Part shown: positions 1-13,611 of the stretch, one piece after another | Layout: each line of letters begins with the position of its first letter | Position numbering within the stretch: the stretch's first letter is position 1 | NCBI RefSeq assembly: GCF_009914755.1 | Contig: NC_060931.1 | Source of the DNA: the human T2T-CHM13v2.0 reference genome, Homo sapiens | Reading direction: 5' to 3' (one strand) | Length of the DNA: 64,000 bases | Notes under the pieces: model-generated | The model's database searches: none | What the model was told of the DNA's origin: nothing | What the model saw: the letters and a program-made list of their open reading frames with translations, nothing else | Made by a program: the position numbers and the translations under genes

Positions 1-365
1 AAGATTAAAGGGCTAATAATACTTTACACCCATATCATCTTTCCTACCAGCAAAGAGTTTCTGTCCACACATTATCTTATTTGAGCCTCAGGAGAGTCCT
101 GTGAGGTAGTTAGAATAGGAATTAGTATTCATCTTAGGTATGAACAAATTATAACTTTGGAAACTGATGCCTCCACCTTTTTTCATTTCTTGATTCTTTA
201 AAATTGGTGAAGATTCTTTCCATTGTCTTGGAATTCAAGAAAACTAAAGCATGAAGGCAGGTGAGGAAAAGAATCCCCCTTCCCTGATGCCTGTCTGGTT
301 TATGACATTCTTCTCCCCTCTCTGAAATTACAGTATAAGAGTTAGGACACAGGAATGAAATCACC

Positions 366-1019
<654 letters not shown>

Positions 1020-2182
1020 CCACCCAAACCAAAAACATATGGAAACTGTCAACTTCTGGGATTGTATCACTTACTTATAGTAACCCTTACTAGATGCAGG
1101 TCACTGCAGGGGCCGTGCTGTGGGGGTAGAACCAAAGGTAAATAGAAATTATAGTTTTTATGGAGCTAACAATCCAGTGAGGGACATCAGATTGGCAAAG
1201 GTCTAAAAAACATGGAGGAAAAAAAGTAAGGTCGATTTTGCAGGAGTTTAGAGAAGGCACCAATGCAAGGACGCGTTAACAGAAGAGGCAGCATGACAGC
1301 TGGTCCCTGAAGGATGAGGAGCATTTCCTCTAGCAGATGGTGAAACAGCAATGACGACCTCATGGCCTAGCATTAATCCCAAACTTTGTACGTGCCAGGC
1401 ATTGGGCTGAAATGAAGGCGATTGCATTCACCATGTTGCCAATGCATCCAGGTCAATGTTTAGCCCGTTGTACACTCATTACCACCAGTCAGCCAACCGA
1501 ACAGCCCATGCCTGCTGGCTCTTCCATTGGTCTATTTTCTAACCATGTTTTGTGCTCTCGACAGTTTTTGTTGAATTTGATATTACTGGATTAAAAATTA
1601 TATACTTGGCTACAGCTTTCCTTGCAGCAAGAGACTCCTCTGGCTGGTATCTCATGGGGTCTCTGGGAATACTCAAAAGACATTTGAGCAGCAGATGTTC
1701 TCCTATCTGCACCAAGTCAGATGTCCTATTTGCACACAGGTGATATATAAGCTGTGCCCAGGGGAAACAGCAGGCCTTTGAATAAGGTGGGTTTTTTTCA
1801 CAGTTGCCTATTTGTCTTGCTTTTTTGTTCCACCTTTATTTGTGTCCTGGAGGGAATATTCCTAATAGGATTAATAAATGAAAAATGTAAATAATGTGAC
1901 TACTGAAATATAGATTTTCCAGGAATGCAATATATTACTGGCCATCTGTTAAATGGCCACTTCACATGCTGCCAGGAGGAGAGGATTTCACAAATTACGA
2001 GCCAGAGCTTTCAGCTGCAGGCCTGGTTAGCCATTCATTGGGTCCCAGGGGTTGCCGACCTAGGGGGCACAGATGAGGGAGGAGGTGCTGACCTGGGAGT
2101 GGAAATAAGCTCCCACCATAGCACTGATGGCACGTGGCACAGGACCCTCTGGCTGGCCTGGCCCATGCTATTTTCTCTGCAG

Positions 2183-2519
2183 TTTATTTTATTTTTTATT
2201 TTTTTGGAGACAGAATCTCCCTCTGTTGCCCAGGCTGGAGTGCAGTGGTGTGATCTCGGCTCACTGCTACCTCTGCCTCTCGGGTTCAAGTGATTCTCAT
2301 GCCTCAGTCTCCTGAGTAGCTGGAATTACAGGTGTTTGCCACCACGCCTGGCTAATTTTTGTATTTTTAGTAGAGACAGGGTTTTGCCATGTTGTCCAGG
2401 CTGGTCTCGAACTCCTGACCTCAAGTGGTCCACCCACCTCAGCCTCCCAAAATGCTGTGATCTTCCTGCCTCAGCCTCCCAAAGTGCTGGATTATAGGCA
2501 TGAGCTACTGTGCCTGGCC
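2183..2519 (-). mobile_element. AluS
   Basis: Reverse Alu consensus with poly-T tail. Confidence 0.93.
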
Positions 2520-3804
2520 TTCTCTGCAGTTTAGAGCTGAGTTTTGAAGCAATGTTTGCTCCCCTATTGAAGAACTCACTGCTGATTTTTTTCATGAAAT
2601 ATCTTCCAATGAAGATAGAAAAAGGAAAGGAGATCTTTCCCCAGCCTTGGATTGGTACAGCTGAGGACCTGGATGCCTAAACTCTCAATAGTTATTGGAT
2701 AGCTTGAGGGATTTGAGATTGGAAGAGTAGGGCAGAGGCAGGAAGGAGAGAGGAAGAGGATGATAATTTGGGGTAAATGAGGTGGACCTTAAGCAAATAT
2801 TTTAGGCCAATGGGGTATGTTTGCAGGTTCCACCATTTGGGGGAATTATTGGCAAGGTTGGAGCAGCCCATGCGTGTTTTGGGAACTGGACTTCCTGCTG
2901 GAAAGAACTGGTCTCTGCAGCATCTTGGCGGTCCAGCAGAGCAGCTCAGGAGGCTTCAAGTCCTAGTTTAGTGCCTTACCAGTTCTGTGACCCTGGGCAA
3001 GTTACTTAGCATCTCTCTGTTTCCTCATGGATTAAATGAGAAGATAGGTGATCTGGTATCTAGAGTTACTTCATATTTTATGAATGATTCTATTTCAGAA
3101 TCAAAAGCTTCATAAAGAACCTCTTTGCTACATTTATTTAATGTCACGTTTGAGATCACTAGAAGGAGGGAATAGAATCTGTGATGACCTTGCCTGCATC
3201 ATAGACCTCCATCCTTTTCTAAAGAGGAGAACTTGGGGAAGCAGGGGATGGTGTCAGGAACCACCCACCTCCCCCCAGGGAGTAAGACACGACTCTACCA
3301 TCACTGCTGCAGAGGTGAGAAGTCCTAAGAGGCTGACAGGGACTGCCAACCTAGAGATGACTTCTCCCTGTTCCTTCCTTCCCTCCTCCACCTTTCCGTT
3401 CAAGCCTCTTCCTCCATGTTATCATCAGTTTCTGTTTAGAACAAGGCTGTCTAGGACAGAGGTATATTTGGGGGAGCTGGTCTTGACCTGACCAAATCCA
3501 GAAGTGCAAACTCGTAGAGCTGTTGAGCAGGGGAAGCCAGCTCACCTGGTCAGGATGGTGGATGGGGAGGAAGAGGAGGACGAGAGCTGGGTGGAGGTGG
3601 GAAGATCAGCTGCAGGGACCAGGATTCTCGGGTAGCTCTGAAAGGTCTACTTTTAAGGTGGTTCTGAGGAGAGAAATGAGGTCATGAGCATGGATCTGCC
3701 ACTGCAGCTGTATGGGTGAAGTATGGCTAGGCCTTTCAAAAAGGCTTCGATTTCTTTGGAACCCGTTGTATTTCATGGAGAGAAACGAGCTTCTGCTGAT
3801 CATT

Positions 3805-4740
3805 CATCCATCGATTCATTCAACAAGCAGTTATGGACAGCCTGCAGCCTACCAGGCTCTGTGCATCCTTATGAATCTAGTGGTGGCCAAAAGATTATAA
3901 AAATCCCTGCTTTCAGGGGTTCTAGTGGAAGAGACAGCACTCAATAAATAAGTGAAAAATTATAAAAGAATGTCAAGTTGTGAACGTGTTAGGAAGAAAA
4001 ATAGAGCCGAGTGAAGTGATAGAGCGTGCAGGGACGGCTGCTTCCATCGGGTGGTGAGAGAAGGCTGCTCAGAAGAGGGGACATTTCAGCTGAGAACTAA
4101 ATAAAGGGAGGAATCAAGCCCTGGGAACTTCTGGGATAAAATCTGTCCCCAGGCTGTGGGAACAAATCTGCACGAGACCTGAAGCAGGAGGGAGCCTCCT
4201 GTGTTCAGGAATAGTAACCATGTGGCTCCAGCAGAGTGAGAGAGAGGAAGAGTGGCAGGAAATGGAGCCCTGGGGGCAACCTGACCATCCCTCGGGCCAC
4301 ACTTGGGACCTCAGGTTTCATTCTAAATGACATGATGCCATCTGGACTTCAAAGCATCCCTCTGGTGGTGTCTGGGGAATAGACCATGGGCGGGAAGAAC
4401 AGCTGGAGACAGTGAGGAGGTTATTTCAGTCCTCCAGGCTGGAGCTGACAGTAGCAAGGGGCAGGCCAGCAGTAACAGAGATGACAAAAAGTGGTGGCAT
4501 CCCAGGAACATTCCGAATGTGGAGCCACCAGGACTTACTGATGAATTAGATTTGGGTTGTGAGAGAAAGAGAGGAGTTGGCTGTAACTCAAGTGTTGGGT
4601 CCAAGCAACTTGGGAAAATGGTGGAACCACTCAACCAAGAGAGAGAAGTCTGGAGAAGGAGCAAATTGGAGGGATGAGAAGAGACTATGGGACATGTGAG
4701 GCCCAAGATGCCACAAGACCACCTCGAGGTGGACAGGACA
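3805..4740 (-). mobile_element. L2 3' fragment
   Basis: CATTCATTCAACAA terminal motif followed by purine-rich L2-like sequence; boundaries approximate. Confidence 0.65.
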
Positions 4741-7036
4741 GGCAGGCAGGTGGAAAAGTTATCTATCCCTTCTCTCCAGGAGCAGGAGTGTCCAGGATTG
4801 TCCAGAATGGATCACTGTTGATCCAGGTCAGGATGTAGAGATGATCGTCTTGGGGAAAAAAGGAGCGTTTCTATTTCTAGGCTTTCCAGGCACACACAGC
4901 TATGTTCAGACATCCAGTGAAGTGTCTGTAATCAGGGATGGCTGTGGATTGGGAGGCCTCACTTTGTGCCATGATGTGGTTGTGAATAGCTGCCTACATC
5001 ACTGGGCTGGAGGCTCCTGTGGAACAGACAGCCTGAGACTAGACCGATTCTGTGGTGCAGGGCTCCTCCTGTATCCCGAACCACTTTTCCCTGGACAGAA
5101 GATGGCTCCCTCACTTAAAAGAACTTTCAGTCTAGTGTCTAGTTGCTCCTGGTGTGGGAGAGCCCACCACACAGTCATGGCCCCTCATCACAGGCCACCT
5201 GCCCTCCTGCCTGGGCACACCTGCAGCTTGCAGTGCCCCTGACCTGGCCTGCAGTTTCCCTCGAGGGTGATCTTGTAGCTTATCCTGCTGACAGGCTGAC
5301 TCCAAGTAGAGGCCTGTGGGTTCTCCCTGCCACTGCTCTCCTCTGCCCATGGTCATTCTCAAGCCATCTGCCCATCTCGCTCATGGTTTCAGCCTGTCGC
5401 TCCTATGTTATCTCTGAGTTCTCCCAGATACTTGATTTCTTGCCTCCAAAGAGCTTAAATGATTGTCAGTGGACATACCTTTCACAGAATGATTTTCAGC
5501 TTCTCCCTGAGAAGGCAACACTCCCAAAGATACCCAGTGATGATCAATTAATTGATAATCAGCCACAAAATCCAGTCTCCTCTAGAGGTCTCTTCTGACT
5601 TACTAATGGCCAAAAGACAAAGACAGTGACTCTTTGGGGTGACTTTTAGTCTTTTTTTGAATTCCTTTTACAAGAAGAGACCATTTTTTTTATACGGGCC
5701 CATAACCCAAGCTACCCAACCACATCTGGAACTCAGCTGGTCTTCTGTGAGCTCACGTCAATTTCATATTGAGTCCAGTTGTTCACAGAGGCTTTTCAGT
5801 CCTAGATGTCCTGTTCAGTTTGCCTATTCACTTTCTTCTTTTTTTAAAGACCTGATTGTGTGTTCCCTCATGCCATCTTCAGTTATTTAGACCCTGTGTT
5901 CACTTTGGATGCTGATGGCTCACAAAAATGCAGCAATGTTCTGGGCTGAGAGTGAGAGATTGTGCAAGACTGAGTAGAAAAAACCAAAGCCTGGGTAGTA
6001 GAACAGTCTGTTTCCTCATCTGCAAAATGATCTCTGTGGCACCATAGTAAAGTGTCTTTGGTACTCAACTATGGAAGCCATTGTAATAGCAGAAGCAAAA
6101 ATTCTGCAAATCAGTTAAACAGAAGAGCCTCACCTCCTGGGACTCTGAAGAAGGAGTTAAAAAGTGGGGCATCCATGGCAAAGTGGATCAACATTTCATC
6201 AAGTCAGTGGTTTGAAACTGCATAGCAGGGTAGTGTGATTTATGGGTTTCCATTTTATTCCAGTTCTATCCTTTTCCTGTATACTCAGTTTCAGGCATGC
6301 AACATGTCCTTGAGTGGACAAGGCCTTGGAAGACACCTTCATTGAGGTCGGCCTTCTTTAAAGACCATTTACCCTTCTCCATACCTGAAATGAACTGAAG
6401 ATCCAGCTCAGTGTTCTGATCCTTTTATTCCCATCTTTCGCCATCGTTAGGAGCCTGGATTTCCTCTGTACAAAACCTGTGGGCCCAAATCTTTCTTTGG
6501 CTAATTTTTCATGGTCAAGTCTGATTGACAGTTGATAACTTTTAGGGCCACATCCCCTCCTTTTTTTTTAAAGTTGTTTCTTATTACACCAGGCACCCCT
6601 GAGGTGCTGTATTTCCATACGGTCTATATCCCTTTGCTTGACCTACAGATAAAAGTCATCCTTCAGTTCACTATTTTATGTTGTCTATTAAAGTCACTAT
6701 AATTCATGAATTCAGAGTTGCCACAAGCCTTAATATGAGCAACACAATAATGCCAGTACTTTCTACATTGTATCATAGCCCTCCTGGCGAAAGCAAGTTG
6801 GCAATTTAGTCTCTGCTCTTCATGAGGGATGGGGATGGATTGTGGTTATCAATAAATATTTGATTAATTAATTGACTGACTACCTCTTAAGCCTTTTAAG
6901 ACAAGATGGGTCCTGGTTCTGCTACTAACTTGCTAGTATTCTTGGGCAAGTCATTTAATTTTGCTGGCTCTCAGTTCCACAACTGTAAAATGATTCATGA
7001 TCCCAAAGTCCCTTGCAACTTTAAATTACTAAGAAA

Positions 7037-7279
7037 TATATGCATATATATACACACATGTGTGTATATATATACATATACTATATATATAAGATATATA
7101 CATATACTATATATAAGATATATACATATACTATATATAAGATATATACATATACTATATATATAATATATACATATACTATATATATAATATATACATA
7201 TACTATATATATAATATATATACATATACTATATATATAAAATATATATACGTATACTATATATATATAATATATATAT
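7037..7279. repeat. AT-rich minisatellite, 24-bp unit (TATATATAAGATATATACATATAC and variants), about 8 copies
   Basis: Directly visible periodicity. Confidence 0.93.
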
Positions 7280-9039
7280 TTATTCCACCATGTTTATTGA
7301 AACCAGCCATAGAAGAAGACTCCTTCAACTTGGCCAATACTCTAATATTTAATATATAAAGGGTACAAATAAAACCAATTTGGGGAAAGAAAAATATTGG
7401 TAGCTTCTCAGTATAGGGTCAAGTAAAGGCAAATGCCCTGGAACATCTTCCGGAGCCCAGGGTGGAGTGGATCATCTAAGTAGGCCGACCGTGGCCTTTT
7501 AGTGCCTGCATGAACATCAACAGACTATAAAGAGACTTTTACAAGTTGATTCAAGCATAGCCACATGTGGGGAAACTAGGAATCTACAAAGTCAATAGAA
7601 GTTATTGGTAATTTTTCCAATTTCTTCCTCCCTTTTTCAAAATCCAAGAGGGCCCAGAAGGGGACTAGAAAACAGATATTTGATGGCTTACTGTGTCTTT
7701 AGGGCAATATCTATCTCGTCTTTCCACTCGTCTTTCCCATTCTCATACCTCTTTTTCAGTCTCTTTTCTTTCCTTCATTTAATCATTGACTCCTCATTCA
7801 TCAAGTATTCACAAGGATGGATAAGAAGTGGCTTCTGATGACACAGTGAATACATTAAGACAAATGTCTGTTACCTGACACAGGATGGGGGACACAGGGA
7901 GGAATTACTGACAGTCTACCAAAGCTTCCCCCAACTAGAAACAAAGACACCCCCTCTGATGGGGGTGGTGGTGAGCAAGAATACAGTCACTCAGCTATCC
8001 ACCACTTACCTGGGTGACCATATTCTTATGTCTTCCCTCTGTTGGACTCACAGGATATTGACACCCCATGTACAAAGCCAAGATCATCCTCTGGGAGGGC
8101 TTAGCTGGGGCCCCTGGTCGGGGAGCTGCTGGTGCTGGTATCCACATGCAGGAGCTGCAAAAGGCTGGAACAATGTGGCCTCAGAGCTTCAGTTTCTTGA
8201 GCAAGGATTACAGGTAAATTTCTTATTCTCATTTTTTCTAGAACTCTCTTTGGTGTGCTATAGTAGAAAAAAAAAGACAAAGCTTTGGAGGAAAGATCTA
8301 CGTCCAGATCTCAGCCCTCCTACCTACAGGGTGAGTTACTTCATCTCCCTGAACCTCAGTTGCCTCATGAGTGAACTCCCAACTCAAGGGGTGCTTGTGA
8401 AAAATGTGACATAATTCATGCACATTTGTTCTTTGTCACATGGTGGGTGTTCAGTAAGTGGTGGCTATTGTGACTATAATGGTTGCTAGATCTCCCACCA
8501 CACAGAGTTGGTCCTGCTGCCTTTTATTGTCTCTATCAAAATTAATAGAACCTAGAGAGACTTTAGAAACCCTCTCTCCAAAATTGATTCAAGCACAGCC
8601 TCATATGGAGGAACCAGACATCTACAAAGTTAACAGAAGTTATTGTCCATTTTTTTTCACACACTTTCTCCCTTTTCCAGAAAATCAGGGGGGGCAGGAG
8701 GGAAATGTGAAGCACATGATGACCGTCAGGGCGATGCCAGAGAGCTTGAGTAGCTTTGTTTATTTCATCTGTAATAGGAGGAGTTGGTTCTTCTTAGCTG
8801 GGGCAGTCTAAGAGTCAGTGGGACAACAGGCTACTCCAAATCTCCAGCTTTGTCTGCACACCAGCCATGGCCAGAGGGGTGATGCCTTCAGGAACCTCTT
8901 ATCCTCTGCCCCATGGGTGTGTAGCATCCCTGAGAAGGAATGGTATCGGTCATTTTCCCTGGTCTCTGTCTCTGTCTCTTGGTCTTCTCCTGTAGGACCC
9001 CATGCAGTTGATCTGGAAAAGGATGCAATTAGGGAAGAC

Positions 9040-9305
9040 TTGCATGGTTCTTGAAGATCCCTCCCACTCTAAACTAAGCCCCCAGATACACTGGGTCACT
9101 TTGCATTTCTTTACTTCCACCCCAACTTTCATCGCCATCTGATTTATTTGTTTATTTGTTTATCACTTGTCTCTCTTCACTAGAACATCAACTCCATGAG
9201 AGCAAAGACCTCCTTGTCACACCCACAACTGTGACCTCCAGTGCCTAGAGGGTGGCTGAGCACAGAGCAGGCATAGAGTAAATATTTGCTAAGTGGGTGT
9301 GTAAA
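9040..9305 (+). mobile_element. L2 3' end
   Basis: ...CCAGTGCCTAGA...AGTAAATATTTG...GTAAATGAA terminal pattern. Confidence 0.65.
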
Positions 9306-11029
9306 TGAAGGGATGTGAACCTCATGCCCACACACAGGGGCTGGGGCCACAGGAAGCCAGCACATCTAGACTGGGGCAACAGCTAACAGTGGAGGCAAAC
9401 ACCTGGCTCATGAGTGGCCATGGAGAGGCCACACAGCACAACCCCTTTCGAACTGCAGTTAAATGACTTTGACATCCACAGTTGAGCATCAAGCAAATCA
9501 GATAAACTAGTCGCTTAGCTACACGTCACCCCTATGGGTTGTTGGTTAGTTGGATTTTTCCCCTTTTGTCTTGTTTAGGCAGATCTGGTGTCCTGAGAGT
9601 AGGGTTATCATAAAGCAGAGGAAAGAGATGCAAATAAAGTGGGTGGATCTCAGGAAAGGAAGTGATCTCAGTGGTCTCAGATGCTGCCCATAGCAGGGTC
9701 CAGTGGCCGGTTGAGTTGAGTGTATGGGAGGCTTGTGGAAGAACAGTAAGGCAAAAGACCCCTATGGGCACTGAAATAAGAAAATAGATGCCCACCCAAA
9801 TAGATGACCAGTATCAGGGCTTTCTCCACCCCTGCCAGAGTCGGCCTCTCATTCAACAATTTTCCATCTCACTTCCCATTGTTTTACTGAGACATGGCTT
9901 CTTCCTGCCTTGCCATGTCCTACCTGCTTTTAATTGTTCCCAAATGACTTGATGTAATTCCAAAATTTAGCCCTTTAAGTTCTATTTTCACCTTAACCAA
10001 CCTGGAACCCCATCCTGCCCGCACCCTCATTAAACACAGAGAGGATGAAGACAGGGAGGGCATCATCTACATTGTACATCCCACGTGGCTTCAGCCACAC
10101 CCTCCAGTGGCTTCTGGAACAACCGCAGAGATCTGCAGCTGTGAGGGGGTGGGAGGTGTCCTCAGGAAACTGAAGGAGATGAGGGCTTCTGGGACCTTCA
10201 ATCTGGCTTGCTCAAATGTCATCTAGTTTTGCCCCATTGATTTCAACTGTGAATGGGACTATGTTTGTCCATTCATTAGAAAGTACTTCATTTTCCTTCT
10301 TCTCATTTATTTTTTAATCTGCCCTGCCCTTGGCTGTAGAAGTGAACCACTCTGTCCACGGCTTAGCAGTCAGGGCTCAGTATTTTCCTTCCTGACTGTA
10401 GGAAGAGGCCTAAGTGCCCTTGAGTTGTCCAAGATAGAATCGCTCACAAATCTGCTTTGTTATTGGTGTTTGATCAGTGAATGTACAGAGATGCAATTGT
10501 AGCCAAAAGAATGTGGGATATGGAGAGATCGCGCTGGGTCTCACGTTCCTCAGGCCTGTGGTGAGGGTGAAAGAAACCCACCCCCTTTCCCAGGCTACCC
10601 GCTGCCCATTGTGTCACTGTCTATCTGAACTGAAGATTCTAACAGAGGATGAAAAGCAGATCAAAACAAAATTCCCCCGAAACCATCAACACAAAAGTAG
10701 GAGCTACAGAACTCCAGTCAACTGGACCAGAGAAGAAAAGTGGAGCAATGACTCCCCCAAGTGGTGTGTCTGTGAGTGAGAGCTTGGCTGCTGGTTTTTC
10801 ATTAACATTATTATCCTTAGAGTTATGGAGCCTCAACCTGATGTAGGATCATTAGAGCGTAGGGTTAATGGGGCCGGCTAAACCAGAAGGAAACATCAAA
10901 CAGCTGTGCTAGGAAGGGTGGCAAGCCAGAGAATGAGGATGGAGCAGCAGCTATGAATCCTCTCTAGAGGGAAAACAATAAATATGGAATTATTTAGTCG
11001 GTGACACAAGGAAATGTTTTGAAAATGCC

Positions 11030-11180
11030 ATTCTTATACTGCCTGCATCAGAACCAGCTGGAGAACTTGTCAAAGGTGCAGATTCCTGGGCCAACCTCAG
11101 CCCTAATCAGAATCTCTGGGGCTGGTGACTGGGAGTTTGTACTTTTAACAGGTGCCTTAGGTGAGTTCTAAGTGAGAAGC
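11030..11180. mobile_element. MER5-type hAT DNA transposon
   Basis: TGCAGATTCCTGGGCC...AATCAGAATCTCTGGGG...TTTTAACA motif. Confidence 0.65.
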
Positions 11181-11210
11181 CAGTAAGTGAGGTGCAAGAA
11201 GTCTCATTTA

Positions 11211-11728
<518 letters not shown>

Positions 11729-12723
11729 TTAGGCTCCACTGGGCAGAGCTGCCTCAATACACCCTCTCGGCTGTGTGTCCATGTCCAGGTGCCCCCCATC
11801 TGGCCCAATGAAGGGTAGAGGGTGTCTAATCACTGGTTGCTGTTGACTGAGTCACCTGGTAGAGAATGCATGGCCCAGGATTTGAAGGGCAGGGTGCTGG
11901 TCTTGGTTCTGCCGTCACTGGAGTGGGCATCTTTGGAGTCTCTGGGTCTCTATTCCCTCATCTTCAGGAGGAGGGAATTGAGCTAAAGGATGTGATGGCT
12001 CTAGCAGCATCCCAGGACTCTTCTCTCTCCTCTGGGGCCCTGACCTGGAGCTCACCTGGTTTGATCACCCTGAGGGTTTGGCTTCAGTGTGGGGTCAGGG
12101 ATCTCTAACCCCCCACAGGCCTATGAGGGAAACTTTGAGCCTAGTGCCGCTGATGAGAGAGGCTCTGTCACATGGAAAACTTTACTTAAGAACCCAGCTG
12201 CCCCATGAATGGTTGGTTTCCAGTTTCATGGACAGGATTTTCCCAGAAATTCCAGAGAGGGGTGTGGTGGTGCCAATGAGCTGGAATAGACCTTTAGGAC
12301 CGAAGCCTTGGCATACCCGGGGAACATGTCAGGGAAACTTCCAGCCCCAGCCCCCTTTCTCTCTGTCTCATGGGAAATGCCACCGGGACAGGAAGTCACA
12401 GGAAATAGTGACTACACTAAATATCACTGAATTGTGCACTTTAAAATGATGAATTTCATATTTAGTGAATTGGGCGAATTATATTTTAATTTTTAAAAAC
12501 ATTTAAATACTTATCAAAAGGGAAAAAAAGAAGTCACCAGAGGCTTAGGGATAGAAAGAGGTGGAAAAATGTTTATCTTATCACTTGATTTAATATATTG
12601 GATAATTAGGATTCAGATGAAACCAAAGTGTTGAGTTCTAGAAGAGCAAGTCAGAGAGTGAAAACTCCACCCGTATCCATGCCAAGGAGGGGCAGTGGGG
12701 TCCAAGGGGAAGCACCACCCGGC

Positions 12724-12790
12724 TGACCTCAGCTCCTGCCCTCCTGGGTGACCTCAGCTCCTGCCCTCCCGGGTGACCTCAGCTCCAGCC
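12724..12790. repeat. 25-bp tandem repeat, 2.7 copies (TGACCTCAGCTCCTGCCCTCCYGGG)
   Basis: Units start at 12724, 12749 and 12774. Confidence 0.9.
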
Positions 12791-13302
12791 TGCCTGGGAC
12801 TCCCTTTCTGTCTAGCCCAGCTCCTTGTTCCTTCAGACAAGTGGCTGCCGGGGGCTCTAAATCCCACACCAACCCAGAGCACCCTGTGGAAAAATCCTTC
12901 CTCCCTTTTAGTCAGCTGGGGCTGGGTGGGAATTTTCCAAAAGGAACTTTTCCTCAGAAACCCTGGGGCAGGGTTGGAATCTAAGTACAAAGGTCTTAGG
13001 AAAAAAAAAATCTATTCCACCAGAGTGTACATTTCCATGGTGATGACAGCAGAGACCGAGGTTGGGGGGAAGAGTTGGTGGGACCCTTTCTCTTATCTCA
13101 GATCTGAGTAGCGTCCCCACCCCCAGAGACCCTTCCTCCGTGGTCCTCTTGCCCCTCCTGGGATGCAGATGAAATCCAGCCCCAGACCTTCCATGAGATC
13201 AAGTCTAAGGGTGGGGCATTGGAGATGGAGGTCTGAATGGCCACCTCCCTGAGGGCTTAAACACAGCCTTTTTTGGTGCTGCTATCCAAATTACTCCGAG
13301 AA

Positions 13303-13611
<309 letters not shown>

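Noticed and set aside
6906-7240. Ile/Tyr-rich ORFs on both strands
   Set aside because: Translation artefacts of the AT-rich minisatellite
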